DNA of 64,000 nt from Clostridia bacterium (GCA_017463125.1 JAFTPV010000003.1:157190-221189), one strand, 5' to 3'; positions 8,824 to 17,941 are shown, counted from the stretch's first letter. Made by a program: numbers and translations. Notes: a model not told the origin generated them from the letters alone.

Positions 8824-10401
8824 ATGGAACAGTTTTTCGCAAAGGTTGCCGAAATTAACGGCAGCATCAACGGAGTGGTATGGGGAATTTTCGGCCTTGC
8901 TCTTCTTATAGGCACAGGCGTGATCGTAACACTCAGCACAAAGGTATTTCAGGTTACACACCTGAAGCTTTGGTGGAAGAATACCATTGGTAGTCTGTTT
9001 ACCAAAAACGTTATTAAGCACCGTAAGGAAAAGGGCGTTATCTCCCCATTCCAGGCGCTTTGCACAGCTCTTGCCGCAACAGTAGGAACGGGTAACATCG
9101 CCGGTGTTGCCGCAGCTATAGCCATTGGCGGTGCGGGCGCAGTATTCTGGATGTGGGTTGCCGCATTCTTCGGAATGATGACAAACTATGCAGAAAACGT
9201 TCTCGGTATTTATTTCAGACGTAAGAATAGCGAGGGCGAATGGTCCGGCGGCGCTATGTACTATCTACAAGACGGTATGGGCAGCTATTCATATAAGGAT
9301 AAACACGGCGAAGCTAGTCTAAAAAAGCCGGGCAGGATCCTTGCTGTACTCTTCTGTATATTCACAATGCTTGCTTCCTTCGGTATCGGATCGATGGGCC
9401 AGGTAAACAAAATCGTTGCAAATGTTGCTTCCGCATTTGACATCGCCGCGCTTTCTTCTGTTCAGGTATTTGAGGGCGTTTCCCTATATAACGTTGTTAT
9501 CGGCGTAGTAATTATGATCCTCACCGCTATAATCACTCTTGGCGGTGTTAAGAGAATCGCAAACGTAGCGGAAAAGATCGTTCCCATTATGGTCGTTCTC
9601 TTTGTTGCCGGAAGCCTTGTTATCATCGGCTTTAACTATCAGGCCATCATCCCCGCATTCATCGCTATCTTCAAGAACGCATTCGCTCCCGAAGCATTCG
9701 TTGGCGGCGGTATCGGCGGTGTTATCGTAGCTATGACAAACGGCTTCAAGCGCGGCGTATTCTCTAACGAGGCAGGACTCGGTTCTTCCGTTATGGTACA
9801 CTCAAACTCCAGCATTAAGGAGCCTGTAAAGCAGGGTATGTGGGGTATCTTCGAGGTATTTGCAGACACTATGGTGGTTTGTACTATGACAGCTCTCGTC
9901 GTTCTTACCTCCGGCGGACTTAACGGAGGTGTATTCAACGCGCAGACCGGTGAGATTGCTGCCGGCTATACCGACGCGACTCTCGTTGGCGGCGCATTTA
10001 ACGAAATCTTCTCTTGGGGCAACGTTGGTGAAAAGTTCGTTGCTATCGCTATGTTCCTCTTCGCATTCACAACCGTGCTTGGTTGGTCCCACTACGGTTC
10101 AAAGGCATGGGAATACCTCTTCGGTGCAAAGACGACTATCGTATTCCGTATCATCCACGTTATTACTATCATCTTCGGCGCGGTTCTTACGTCTTCGCTT
10201 GCTTGGGATATCTCGGATACATTCAACGGTCTTATGATGATACCCAACCTTATAGGCGTGCTCTTCATGATCCCCTTAGTCGTTAAGATCACAAAGAACT
10301 ACATCGACCGTAAGGTAAAGAAGCTTAACGTAAAGCCAATACTTTCATACGACGAAAAAACTCAAGCTGAACAGGAAGCAAATCTCAGCGAAGAAGAGTA
10401 A
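8824..10401 (+). CDS. agcS: Alanine/glycine:cation (sodium) symporter, AGCS family
   Basis: SPFQALCTALAATVGTGNIAGVAAAIAIGGAGAVFWMWVAAFFGMMTNYAE is the AGCS signature. The ATG at 8824 is preceded by GGAGGAAAA. The ORF-track start at 8758 lies inside the riboswitch terminator. Confidence 0.92.
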   Translation: MEQFFAKVAEINGSINGVVWGIFGLALLIGTGVIVTLSTKVFQVTHLKLWWKNTIGSLFTKNVIKHRKEKGVISPFQALCTALAATVGTGNIAGVAAAIAIGGAGAVFWMWVAAFFGMMTNYAENVLGIYFRRKNSEGEWSGGAMYYLQDGMGSYSYKDKHGEASLKKPGRILAVLFCIFTMLASFGIGSMGQVNKIVANVASAFDIAALSSVQVFEGVSLYNVVIGVVIMILTAIITLGGVKRIANVAEKIVPIMVVLFVAGSLVIIGFNYQAIIPAFIAIFKNAFAPEAFVGGGIGGVIVAMTNGFKRGVFSNEAGLGSSVMVHSNSSIKEPVKQGMWGIFEVFADTMVVCTMTALVVLTSGGLNGGVFNAQTGEIAAGYTDATLVGGAFNEIFSWGNVGEKFVAIAMFLFAFTTVLGWSHYGSKAWEYLFGAKTTIVFRIIHVITIIFGAVLTSSLAWDISDTFNGLMMIPNLIGVLFMIPLVVKITKNYIDRKVKKLNVKPILSYDEKTQAEQEANLSEEE

Positions 10402-10438
10402 TTTTAACAACAAATCTTACATATTGCTCTAAAAGCGC

Positions 10439-10471
10439 GGGTCAGAGATGCAGGCAATGCATCTCTGACCC
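10439..10471 (+). terminator. Intrinsic terminator after agcS
   Basis: 14-bp perfect stem gggtcagagatgca / tgcatctctgaccc with loop ggcaa. Confidence 0.7.
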
Positions 10472-10494
10472 TTCTTATATTGTTTTTCTAAAAT

Positions 10495-10707
10495 TCACAA
10501 GCCGGCAACGAATGCGCGGCATTTGTTTTCAATATGGTCAAAATCTCCTCTACCAATGGCTTCTCTATCGGCGTCATTCAGGCCAATGCCGACGCGCCAC
10601 ACAGCCTCGCCAAGCGGAACAAGCCTGTCCGTCGGTACTCCTCTGACTATCATTATTATCTTATTATCCAAAATATGCTCAATCGTTTCTTTCATAATCA
10701 TATACAT
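10495..10707 (-). pseudogene. Remnant of KDPG/KHG aldolase (eda-like) with a large internal in-frame deletion
   Basis: The 70-aa ORF joins an Eda-like N-terminus (NKIIMIVRGVPTDRLVPL) directly to an Eda-like C-terminus (VGIGLNDADREAIGRGDFDHIENKCRAFV). The ~140-aa barrel core is missing. Confidence 0.55.
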
Positions 10708-10711
10708 TCCT

Positions 10712-10930
10712 TTATTCTATACAGTATGCTACCGCCGCAAGTCTTTTTGCCGTCTCCGTCAAGGAGTCTATCCAGCCGAACTCGTCGACAGTATGAATAG
10801 CGTTGCCCGAAACGCCGATGGAATCCACCGATGGATTTGAAAACGTCACGGGTTTATAGGTTGACGCCTCAGCAGCATTACTGTTCCGTATTTGAAGAAA
10901 TAATTGATGAAACTCTTCAAAAAAAGGCAC
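10712..10930 (-). pseudogene. C-terminal remnant of an M20-family peptidase/carboxypeptidase
   Basis: Only the last ~45 codons (VDSIGVSGNAIHTVDEFGWIDSLTETAKRLAAVAYCIE) resemble an M20 C-terminus. The upstream part has no resemblance and overlaps the AraC ORF. Confidence 0.45.
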
Positions 10931-11346
10931 ATTATGAAGCGCTGTGCATCTCGCGTCTGTTATATCTTATGGCTCTGATACAGAGGGATAACGCCGAAAG
11001 CGACGACTCTGTACGCAGGCAGTTGAAAAACGTTGAATATGCTATTCAGCATATGAATAAATATTGCGACAGCAGCTTAAAGCTCGAGGATTACGCGGCT
11101 ATGTGCCGTATGAGCAAATATCACTTTTTGCGCGTGTTTAAGCAGGTTACGGGAGCAACGCCTCTGGAATATCGCAGCAGGATACGTATAGAACACGCAA
11201 AGGAGCTGCTCGAAAACAGTTACCTAACGGTTTCAGAGATCAGCGAAGCTCTGGGGTATACCTCGCCCGCCTATTTCTGCGATGCCTTTAAGAAAAATAT
11301 CGGCTGCTCACCCATCGAATACCGTAACGGCAAACGGCTTAATTAA
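10831..11346 (+). CDS. AraC-family transcriptional regulator, N-terminally truncated (HTH domain only)
   Basis: The C-terminal 100 aa are a complete AraC double HTH (LEDYAAMCRMSKYHFLRVFKQVTGATPLEYRSRIRIEHAKELLENSYLTVSEISEALGYTSPAYFCDAFKKNIGCSPIEYR). The usual ~150-aa ligand domain is absent and the start is uncertain. Confidence 0.6.
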   Translation: MDLKTSRVYRLTPQQHYCSVFEEIIDETLQKKAHYEALCISRLLYLMALIQRDNAESDDSVRRQLKNVEYAIQHMNKYCDSSLKLEDYAAMCRMSKYHFLRVFKQVTGATPLEYRSRIRIEHAKELLENSYLTVSEISEALGYTSPAYFCDAFKKNIGCSPIEYRNGKRLN

Positions 11347-11392
11347 TTTTTGCAATATCAGTTACAATACTGTTAAAAGCTCGATTTTTTCC

Positions 11393-12517
11393 TTATTTAT
11401 ATATTCTCTCCACTCTTGCGGATATGCCCGTCAATATTTCGTAGGATATGCTGTCAGCGCATTTCGCGATATCGTCGGCACTCAGGACTTCCGTGCCTGA
11501 ATTACCGATAATCACCGCAAAATCACCCATCTTTACATCGGGTATATCCGTCACATCGACCATCATCATATCCATACACACTCTGCCGACTATACGCGCG
11601 CGCTTACCTTTTATCAATACGAAGCCCTTGTTTGATGCGGCACGCGGATAACCGTCGGCATAGCCTGTGGTCAGAGTTGCTATCCTCATATTCTGTGACG
11701 CAATAAAGCTTCTGCCATAGCCCACACCTTCTCCCTTTGACACCTTTATAACAGCGGAAACTAAGGTTTTCCAGCTCATAGCGGGCTTTATTCCCAGCGG
11801 CAGCTTGATTTGGGGCGACGGTGAGTAGCCGTAAAGGGATATTCCCAGCCTTACCGTGTTAAAGGGCGCGTCGAAATACGCTATCCCCCCTGCCGAGTTA
11901 AGACAATGGATAAGCTCTATCCCAAGAGGCTTAACGTCCGTAACAATACGACGAAATTTATCTAACGACTGCTTTGTGAATCTGCGGTCAGCTTCATGGC
12001 TGCTGTCCGCTACGGGAAAATGGGTAAAAACACCTGTGATTTTGAGGGCGGACGTGGCGGATTTAATAATTTTCACACACCGCTCGCAGTCCTCCGAATC
12101 AAGCCCTATGCGTTTCATTCCTGTGTCTATCGCGATATGAACCTTTGCGCCGCTCGGTGCGTATTTTTTCAGCTCTTCTATGTGTTCTTCGCTGACCGCC
12201 GTTTGAATAATATCATATTCCGTAAGATATGGCAAAAAATACGGCGGAGTATAACCGAGAACAAGAATTTCACCGCTTATTCCACCGAAACGAAGCCTTA
12301 TCGCCTCGTTTATATTAGATACGGCAAAAAAGTCTGCACCACCCGCCTCAAGACTGCGAGCGATCTCCTCGTCACCGTGACCGTAGGCGTTTGCCTTTAC
12401 TACGGCAATTATTTGCGCTTTGCCGGGCAGCGCGCTTTTGTAAACATTATAATTCTTAACTATCTGCCCCGTGTCCACCTCGGCCCACGAGCGATATAAA
12501 AAAGACCCTATCCTCAT
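11393..12517 (-). CDS. alr: Alanine racemase (paralogue 1)
   Basis: 374 aa with PLP-lysine motif AVVKANAYGHG and GYADGYPR, VCMDMMMVDV. There is no obvious SD, and the start codon lies inside a hairpin (see findings). Confidence 0.9.
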   Translation of the reverse strand: MRIGSFLYRSWAEVDTGQIVKNYNVYKSALPGKAQIIAVVKANAYGHGDEEIARSLEAGGADFFAVSNINEAIRLRFGGISGEILVLGYTPPYFLPYLTEYDIIQTAVSEEHIEELKKYAPSGAKVHIAIDTGMKRIGLDSEDCERCVKIIKSATSALKITGVFTHFPVADSSHEADRRFTKQSLDKFRRIVTDVKPLGIELIHCLNSAGGIAYFDAPFNTVRLGISLYGYSPSPQIKLPLGIKPAMSWKTLVSAVIKVSKGEGVGYGRSFIASQNMRIATLTTGYADGYPRAASNKGFVLIKGKRARIVGRVCMDMMMVDVTDIPDVKMGDFAVIIGNSGTEVLSADDIAKCADSISYEILTGISARVERIYK

Positions 12518-12546
12518 ACTAAAAGGTATGTATCAGGGTCTTTTTT
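12498..12546 (-). terminator. Terminator-like hairpin ending the polysaccharide operon; overlaps the alr start
   Basis: 12-bp perfect inverted repeat aaaaaagaccct (12498-12509) / agggtctttttt (12535-12546) with an inner stem catac/gtatg. It has A- and T-runs on both sides. Confidence 0.65.
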
Positions 12547-12551
12547 AATTC

Positions 12552-13628
12552 TCATTTTATCATATAAAATGCTTTATACCACTCCGAAAATTTACGCAAA
12601 CCTTCACGTAAAGAGGTTGAGGGCTTGAAGCCAAAGTCGCGCTCTAAATCGTACGTATCTGCATAGGTAATCGGCACATCGCCCGCCTGCATTGGCACAA
12701 GCTTCTTGTGCGATTCAAAGTCATAATCCTCAGGCAAAACTTTTGCTCTTACAAGCTCTTCTTGCAAGATGTTTACAAAGTCTAGTAAATTTTCAGGACT
12801 GTTGTTTCCTATATTATACACTCGGTACGGAGGTACAGGAAGCCCGTCATCACCCATCACTCTTTCAGGCGCATTTTGCATAACGTGCTTTACTCCGATC
12901 ACAATATCGTCAACGTATGTAAAGTCACGTTTACAATTTCCGTAATTAAATATCTCGATAGTTTCGCCCTTAAGGAGCTTATTTGTAAATCCGAAATATG
13001 CCATGTCCGGTCTTCCGGCGGGACCATATACGGTAAAGAAACGCAGCCCTGTAGACGGTATATTGTAGAGCTTTGAATATGCGTGTGCCATAAGCTCGTT
13101 GCTTTTTTTAGTAGCTGCATAAAGAGATACCGGATTATCCACCTTATCATCTGTTGAATAAGGAATTTTCTTATTCGAGCCATAGACCGAGCTTGAGCTT
13201 GCATAAACAAGATGATCGACCGGATAGTTTCTGCATGCTTCAAGAATATTATAAAAACCAATTATGTTGCTTTCGATATACACATCCGGATTAGTGATAC
13301 TATATCTTACTCCAGCCTGAGCCGCAAGATTTACAACAACATCAAATTTATTTTCTTCAAAAAGCCTATTAATAAGCTCCTTATCCGCAATATTTCCCTT
13401 AATAAAAGTCCACGTAGACTGAACAACCTTGTCCGCCACTCTTTCTATTTCTGCAAGCCTGTATTCCTTTATTGACACGTCGTAGTAGTCGTTCATATTA
13501 TCAATTCCGACAATATGTATTTTTTCTATTGTACGTATAAGCTCCATAACAAGATTAGAGCCTATAAAGCCGGCAGCACCGGTTATGAGTACGGTTTTAT
13601 TTCTTAAATCAATATTTGGTGTCAGCAT
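12552..13628 (-). CDS. NAD-dependent UDP-glucuronate 4-epimerase (UDP-GlcA to UDP-GalA)
   Basis: 358 aa with VLITGAAGFIGSNL Rossmann motif, a YAATKKSNE catalytic YxxxK and overall Cap1J/GAE-like sequence. Its ATG overlaps the upstream stop (ATGCTGA). Confidence 0.8.
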   Translation of the reverse strand: MLTPNIDLRNKTVLITGAAGFIGSNLVMELIRTIEKIHIVGIDNMNDYYDVSIKEYRLAEIERVADKVVQSTWTFIKGNIADKELINRLFEENKFDVVVNLAAQAGVRYSITNPDVYIESNIIGFYNILEACRNYPVDHLVYASSSSVYGSNKKIPYSTDDKVDNPVSLYAATKKSNELMAHAYSKLYNIPSTGLRFFTVYGPAGRPDMAYFGFTNKLLKGETIEIFNYGNCKRDFTYVDDIVIGVKHVMQNAPERVMGDDGLPVPPYRVYNIGNNSPENLLDFVNILQEELVRAKVLPEDYDFESHKKLVPMQAGDVPITYADTYDLERDFGFKPSTSLREGLRKFSEWYKAFYMIK

Positions 13629-14356
13629 ACTCCCTTATACTCCTGTTGTACCCTTTCATAGCTTTCGAGATTACCTATATCGTATCTCTTACCCGGCATT
13701 TCCATCGCATGCACATTGGTTTGAGTGCAAAGCCAAGCAATATAGCTTCCCGGCGCATCAACACCGCATCCCGAGTCTATTCCGGTTCTTACGAGCTTTG
13801 TATCAGCTTTAGTGTAATAATAAAATGGCGGACAACACCAATTTGACTTTGGTTCTTTAGGCTTCTCCTCCATATCAATAACGAGATCGTTGCCGTCTAC
13901 TTTAACAACACCGCACTTTTGAAGCTTTTTCTCACTATCCTCGTAATACCTCATTATGCATGACGTGTTTTTAGACTTTGCATAATCAATAAATCTCGTG
14001 AGGCTGAAATCAAGCACGTTATCACCTGCTATGACCAACATTTCGTCATCCAATCCCAAGGTATCTATAGCGTACAGAATATCCTTTACAGCACCTAACC
14101 GATTATCGTTAGAATCTGTTCCGTCATCAAGCACCGTTATCCGCTGCGATTTATCCTTTGCCCAGGAGTGAAAATGATGAGCGAATTTGTGATTAGAAAT
14201 TAATATATATTCATCAACCAATCCCGCAGAATCAATATCGTCAACCAGCCAATCCAGTATAGTCTTCTCTCCCACCGTAAGCAATGGCTTGGGGAAATTT
14301 TCTGTTAAAGGATATAGACGAGTGGCGTATCCTGCCGCCAATATCAAACATTTCAT
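13622..14356 (-). CDS. Sugar-1-phosphate nucleotidyltransferase
   Basis: MKCLILAAGYATRLYPLTENFPKPLLTVGEKTILDWL is the G-x-G-T-R-L NTP-transferase signature; 244 aa. Confidence 0.85.
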   Translation of the reverse strand: MKCLILAAGYATRLYPLTENFPKPLLTVGEKTILDWLVDDIDSAGLVDEYILISNHKFAHHFHSWAKDKSQRITVLDDGTDSNDNRLGAVKDILYAIDTLGLDDEMLVIAGDNVLDFSLTRFIDYAKSKNTSCIMRYYEDSEKKLQKCGVVKVDGNDLVIDMEEKPKEPKSNWCCPPFYYYTKADTKLVRTGIDSGCGVDAPGSYIAWLCTQTNVHAMEMPGKRYDIGNLESYERVQQEYKGVC

Positions 14357-14373
14357 AAATACTCCAAAATTAC

Positions 14374-15552
14374 TTATTTCTGCAATTTAACGCCGTCTGC
14401 GGTTTTACATACGTATGCAGAATATTTGCCTTCCAAATTAGGAAACGCCTTGAGATATTCTGTTTTTACCTTCTCGAGTATCTCCTTTTCAAACTCGGGA
14501 TCAATAAGCGCCATACAGCATCCCTTAAAGCCTGCTCCCGAAAATCTACCGCCGTAAATCCCTTTTGTTTCTGTCATGATTTCATATAGCTTGATCAACT
14601 CGGGTGAACCCGTTTCCCAATTATGAATAGAAGAATAGCCACTCTCAAAAGAAAGTCTGCCAAATTCTTCAATATCTCCTTTTTTCCAAGCTTCAACACC
14701 CTTTTCGACTCGTTCAAACTCGGTATACCAATGCTCCGCTCTACGACGCCAATTTTCAGGCAAAAGATCTTTGTATTTATCATACACCTCGCGCGGAACA
14801 TCACGCAAATTCGTTTCACTAAACTTACCGTAATTCATTCCCGCATAAGCCAATAGTGCATAAGCTGCACTTCTACACTCATCAACGCGCATATTAAACG
14901 CAGAGCCGGCAAGACTTCTTTCCAAGCCACTGAAAAATATAGCTATTTTATAAGGCTTCATGTCAGGACTTGTAGGTATCAGTTCATAGTTATTGCTTTT
15001 CAAATCCATATAAAGCAAATGGTCCTGACGGCAATATACCTCACAACTCTGATCGAGTCTGCCACAAGAAACACCTACATAATTGTTTTCCGCTTCAAGC
15101 GCAATTTGAATCAGCTCCTCATCCTCAAGCTTGATACCGTTCATACCCGCGAGTGCAGTCAAAAACGTTATTATAACCGCAGCAGATGAGGAAAGCCCGC
15201 CAATAGGCAGCTCACCGTCAATAACCGCGCAAAGTCCTCGCCTTAAAGGGTATCTTTTATCAAGAAAAATCGTCGCTCCCCGAAGATGATCCGCCCAGTC
15301 ATCCTGCTTAGTTGCCGGAGTAGAGGCTACGTGCCACTGCGCCCGCTTTGAAAACTGAAGGGAGCGAATCTCGACAACACCGTTCTCCTTAGGGCCGTAT
15401 GCAATATGTATTCCCTTATCTATCGCAAAGCCTGTAATCCTGCCGAGCTGATGATCGCTGTGCGCACCTAAAGGACATATGCGATAAGGGGTGAAGGCGA
15501 TGTTAGCCGGTTCACATTTATATATATTCTCAAAGACTTCTTTTGCAAACAT
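14374..15552 (-). CDS. GHMP-family sugar-1-kinase, galactokinase-like (possibly galacturonate-1-kinase-like)
   Basis: Variant GalK signature PYRICPLGAHSDHQLG and GHMP ATP motif PIGGLSSSAAVIITF; 392 aa with a strong GAGGAG RBS. Confidence 0.75.
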   Translation of the reverse strand: MFAKEVFENIYKCEPANIAFTPYRICPLGAHSDHQLGRITGFAIDKGIHIAYGPKENGVVEIRSLQFSKRAQWHVASTPATKQDDWADHLRGATIFLDKRYPLRRGLCAVIDGELPIGGLSSSAAVIITFLTALAGMNGIKLEDEELIQIALEAENNYVGVSCGRLDQSCEVYCRQDHLLYMDLKSNNYELIPTSPDMKPYKIAIFFSGLERSLAGSAFNMRVDECRSAAYALLAYAGMNYGKFSETNLRDVPREVYDKYKDLLPENWRRRAEHWYTEFERVEKGVEAWKKGDIEEFGRLSFESGYSSIHNWETGSPELIKLYEIMTETKGIYGGRFSGAGFKGCCMALIDPEFEKEILEKVKTEYLKAFPNLEGKYSAYVCKTADGVKLQK

Positions 15553-15576
15553 TTAATACTCCTCTCGAGTTTTTTC

Positions 15577-16740
15577 TTAATATTTTCTCCAAACCATTTT
15601 GTTTACTACACCGGTGTATGACTGAATTATCTTTATTACCTTGGTAGAAACGTTTTCCTCAATATAGTCAGGAACGGGTATGCCGCAGTCGCCTGCCTCA
15701 TTCATAGAAACCGCAAGCTCAACCGCTCCTACAAGTCCGCCTTCATCTATACCCGCGAGCACAAAGCAAGCCTTGTCAAGCGCCTCGGGGCGCTCGGTTG
15801 ACGTACGTATACATACCGCCGGGAAAGGTTTTCCAATAGATGTGAAAAACGAACTCTCTTCGGGCAGGGTTCCCGAGTCAGAAACCACTGCAAATGCGTT
15901 CATTTGCAAACAATTGTAGTCATGGAAGCCGAGAGGCTCGTGCTGAATGACTCGTTTGTCAAGCTCGAATTCCGACTGCTCAAGTCTCTTTTTTGATCTT
16001 GGATGACAGGAATAAAGTATAGGCATATCATATTTATCTGCAATTTTATTAATTGCAGTAAAAAGAGATATAAAATTCTTTTCTGTATCAATATTTTCTT
16101 CTCTGTGAGCTGAAAGAAGTATATATTTTTTCTTCTCAAGACCAAGTCTTTTATGAATATCGCTTGATTCAATCTTTTCAAGATTATTATGAAGAACCTC
16201 TGCCATAGGCGATCCCGTTACATAGGTTCTCTCCTTTGGAATGCCACATTCAGCAAGATAACGGCGCGCATGCTCGGAATACGCAAGGTTTACGTCTGAA
16301 ATTATATCAACGATGCGTCTGTTTGTTTCCTCCGGAAGACACTCGTCCTTACATCTGTTTCCTGCTTCCATATGGAATATCGGAATATGAAGTCTCTTTG
16401 CACCAATAACCGAAAGGCAGGAATTTGTATCTCCGAGAACTAGAACGGCATCAGGCTTTACTTCTGCCATAAGCTCGTAAGACTTGGATATTATGTTGCC
16501 CATTGTTTCGCCAAGATCCTTACCCACTGCGTTAAGATATACGTCGGGGTCGTCGATTTGAAGATCGCGGAAAAATATTCCGTTCAAATTATAATCATAG
16601 TTTTGTCCAGTATGAGCAAGAAGGCAGTCAAAATACTCGCGAGCCTTGTTTATAACAGCAGCAAGACGAATTATTTCCGGTCGAGTACCCACTATTATAA
16701 GAAGCTTAAGTTTTCCGTTATTTTTGAATGTTACTGACAT
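15577..16740 (-). CDS. fnlC: UDP-N-acetylglucosamine 2-epimerase (non-hydrolysing), FnlC/Cap5G-type
   Basis: KLLIIVGTRPEIIRLAAVI..., HTGQNYD, GDTNS and HREEN motifs. The ATG at 16740 has a GGAGG RBS; the ORF-track start at 16794 overlaps the upstream gene. Confidence 0.85.
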   Translation of the reverse strand: MSVTFKNNGKLKLLIIVGTRPEIIRLAAVINKAREYFDCLLAHTGQNYDYNLNGIFFRDLQIDDPDVYLNAVGKDLGETMGNIISKSYELMAEVKPDAVLVLGDTNSCLSVIGAKRLHIPIFHMEAGNRCKDECLPEETNRRIVDIISDVNLAYSEHARRYLAECGIPKERTYVTGSPMAEVLHNNLEKIESSDIHKRLGLEKKKYILLSAHREENIDTEKNFISLFTAINKIADKYDMPILYSCHPRSKKRLEQSEFELDKRVIQHEPLGFHDYNCLQMNAFAVVSDSGTLPEESSFFTSIGKPFPAVCIRTSTERPEALDKACFVLAGIDEGGLVGAVELAVSMNEAGDCGIPVPDYIEENVSTKVIKIIQSYTGVVNKMVWRKY

Positions 16741-16744
16741 ATTA

Positions 16745-17941
16745 TCATACCTCCTCATAGAATGTGTCGGGTCTTGTCGAATCAAAGCACTCATTTGCCC
16801 ACATTAAAGTCACAAGATCGTCAGTTTCCGAAAGATTTATTATGTTGTGCGTATACCCCGGAAGCATATGTACGGCTTCTATTCTCTCGCCGGAAACCTC
16901 AAAGTTAAGGACCTCGTCTGTGCCGATTTTTCTCATTTGAATAAGCCCCTTACCGCTTACGACAATGAAGAACTCCCATTTGGTATTGTGCCAGTGCTGC
17001 CCCTTTGTGATTCCCGGTTTGGAAATGTTTACCGAGAACTGACCGCATTTTTCGGTACGCAAAAGCTCCGTAAATGAGCCTCTGTCGTCCACGTTCATCT
17101 TTAGAGGAAAGGCAACCTTTTCTTTAGGGAGATAGGAAAGATAAGTACTGTAAAGTTTTTTTGCAAAGCTACCGCAAGGTATTTCCGGAACAGTAAGCGT
17201 TGCAGGCTGGCTGCGAAAACTTTCAAGCAAGGCAACGATCTCGCCAAGCGTTACCTTATGTGTCACCGGAGCCGCGCAGTATCTTCCGCCATCGCAGAGC
17301 ACGGTATTTATACCGTCAAACTCGCATCTATGCTCCATCCCCTCAAGTGCCATAAGCATTTCATCAACAAGGTCGTCGATGTATAATAGCTCCAAGGTTA
17401 CCGCCGGGTCGTTTACGGTAATGGGCAGGTCATTTGCAATATTGTTGCAAAATGTTGCAACCGCGCTGTTATAGTTAGGTCTACACCATTTGCCAAAGAG
17501 ATTCGGGAAACGGTAAACAAGCACCTTAGCACCCGTCTCCTCACCATAAGCAAACATAAGCTCTTCGCCCGCCTTCTTTGAGCGTCCGTAGTCGGAATCG
17601 TATCTGCCGATGCAGGTGGCCTGAATCGAGCTTGACACCATTACGGGACATTTGTTATTGTATTTTTCAAGTGATTCGAGCAAGGTCTGTGCAAAGCCAA
17701 AATTGCCCTGCATAAACTCCTCGGGATTTTGAGGACGGTTTACACCCGCAAGATTGAAAACAAAATCACAATCCTTGCAAGCGGTGTCAAGAAGCTCAGA
17801 GGGAGAGTCGATATCGTAAAGATACAGCTCGTCCACCGAAAGCGACGGATGAGTTTTATCCTTGCCAGCCCTAATGTTTTTCAAAGCCTCGGTGAGATTT
17901 TTACCAACGAATCCCCGAGCACCGGTAATCAGTATGTTCAT
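16745..17941 (-). CDS. fnlB: CapF/FnlB-type bifunctional SDR-cupin reductase/epimerase (UDP-L-FucNAc pathway)
   Basis: MNILITGARGFVGKNL Rossmann N-domain plus a C-terminal cupin (GITKGQHWHNTKWEFFIVVSGKGLI), the CapF architecture. The start at 17941 is preferred over 18037. Confidence 0.8.
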   Translation of the reverse strand: MNILITGARGFVGKNLTEALKNIRAGKDKTHPSLSVDELYLYDIDSPSELLDTACKDCDFVFNLAGVNRPQNPEEFMQGNFGFAQTLLESLEKYNNKCPVMVSSSIQATCIGRYDSDYGRSKKAGEELMFAYGEETGAKVLVYRFPNLFGKWCRPNYNSAVATFCNNIANDLPITVNDPAVTLELLYIDDLVDEMLMALEGMEHRCEFDGINTVLCDGGRYCAAPVTHKVTLGEIVALLESFRSQPATLTVPEIPCGSFAKKLYSTYLSYLPKEKVAFPLKMNVDDRGSFTELLRTEKCGQFSVNISKPGITKGQHWHNTKWEFFIVVSGKGLIQMRKIGTDEVLNFEVSGERIEAVHMLPGYTHNIINLSETDDLVTLMWANECFDSTRPDTFYEEV

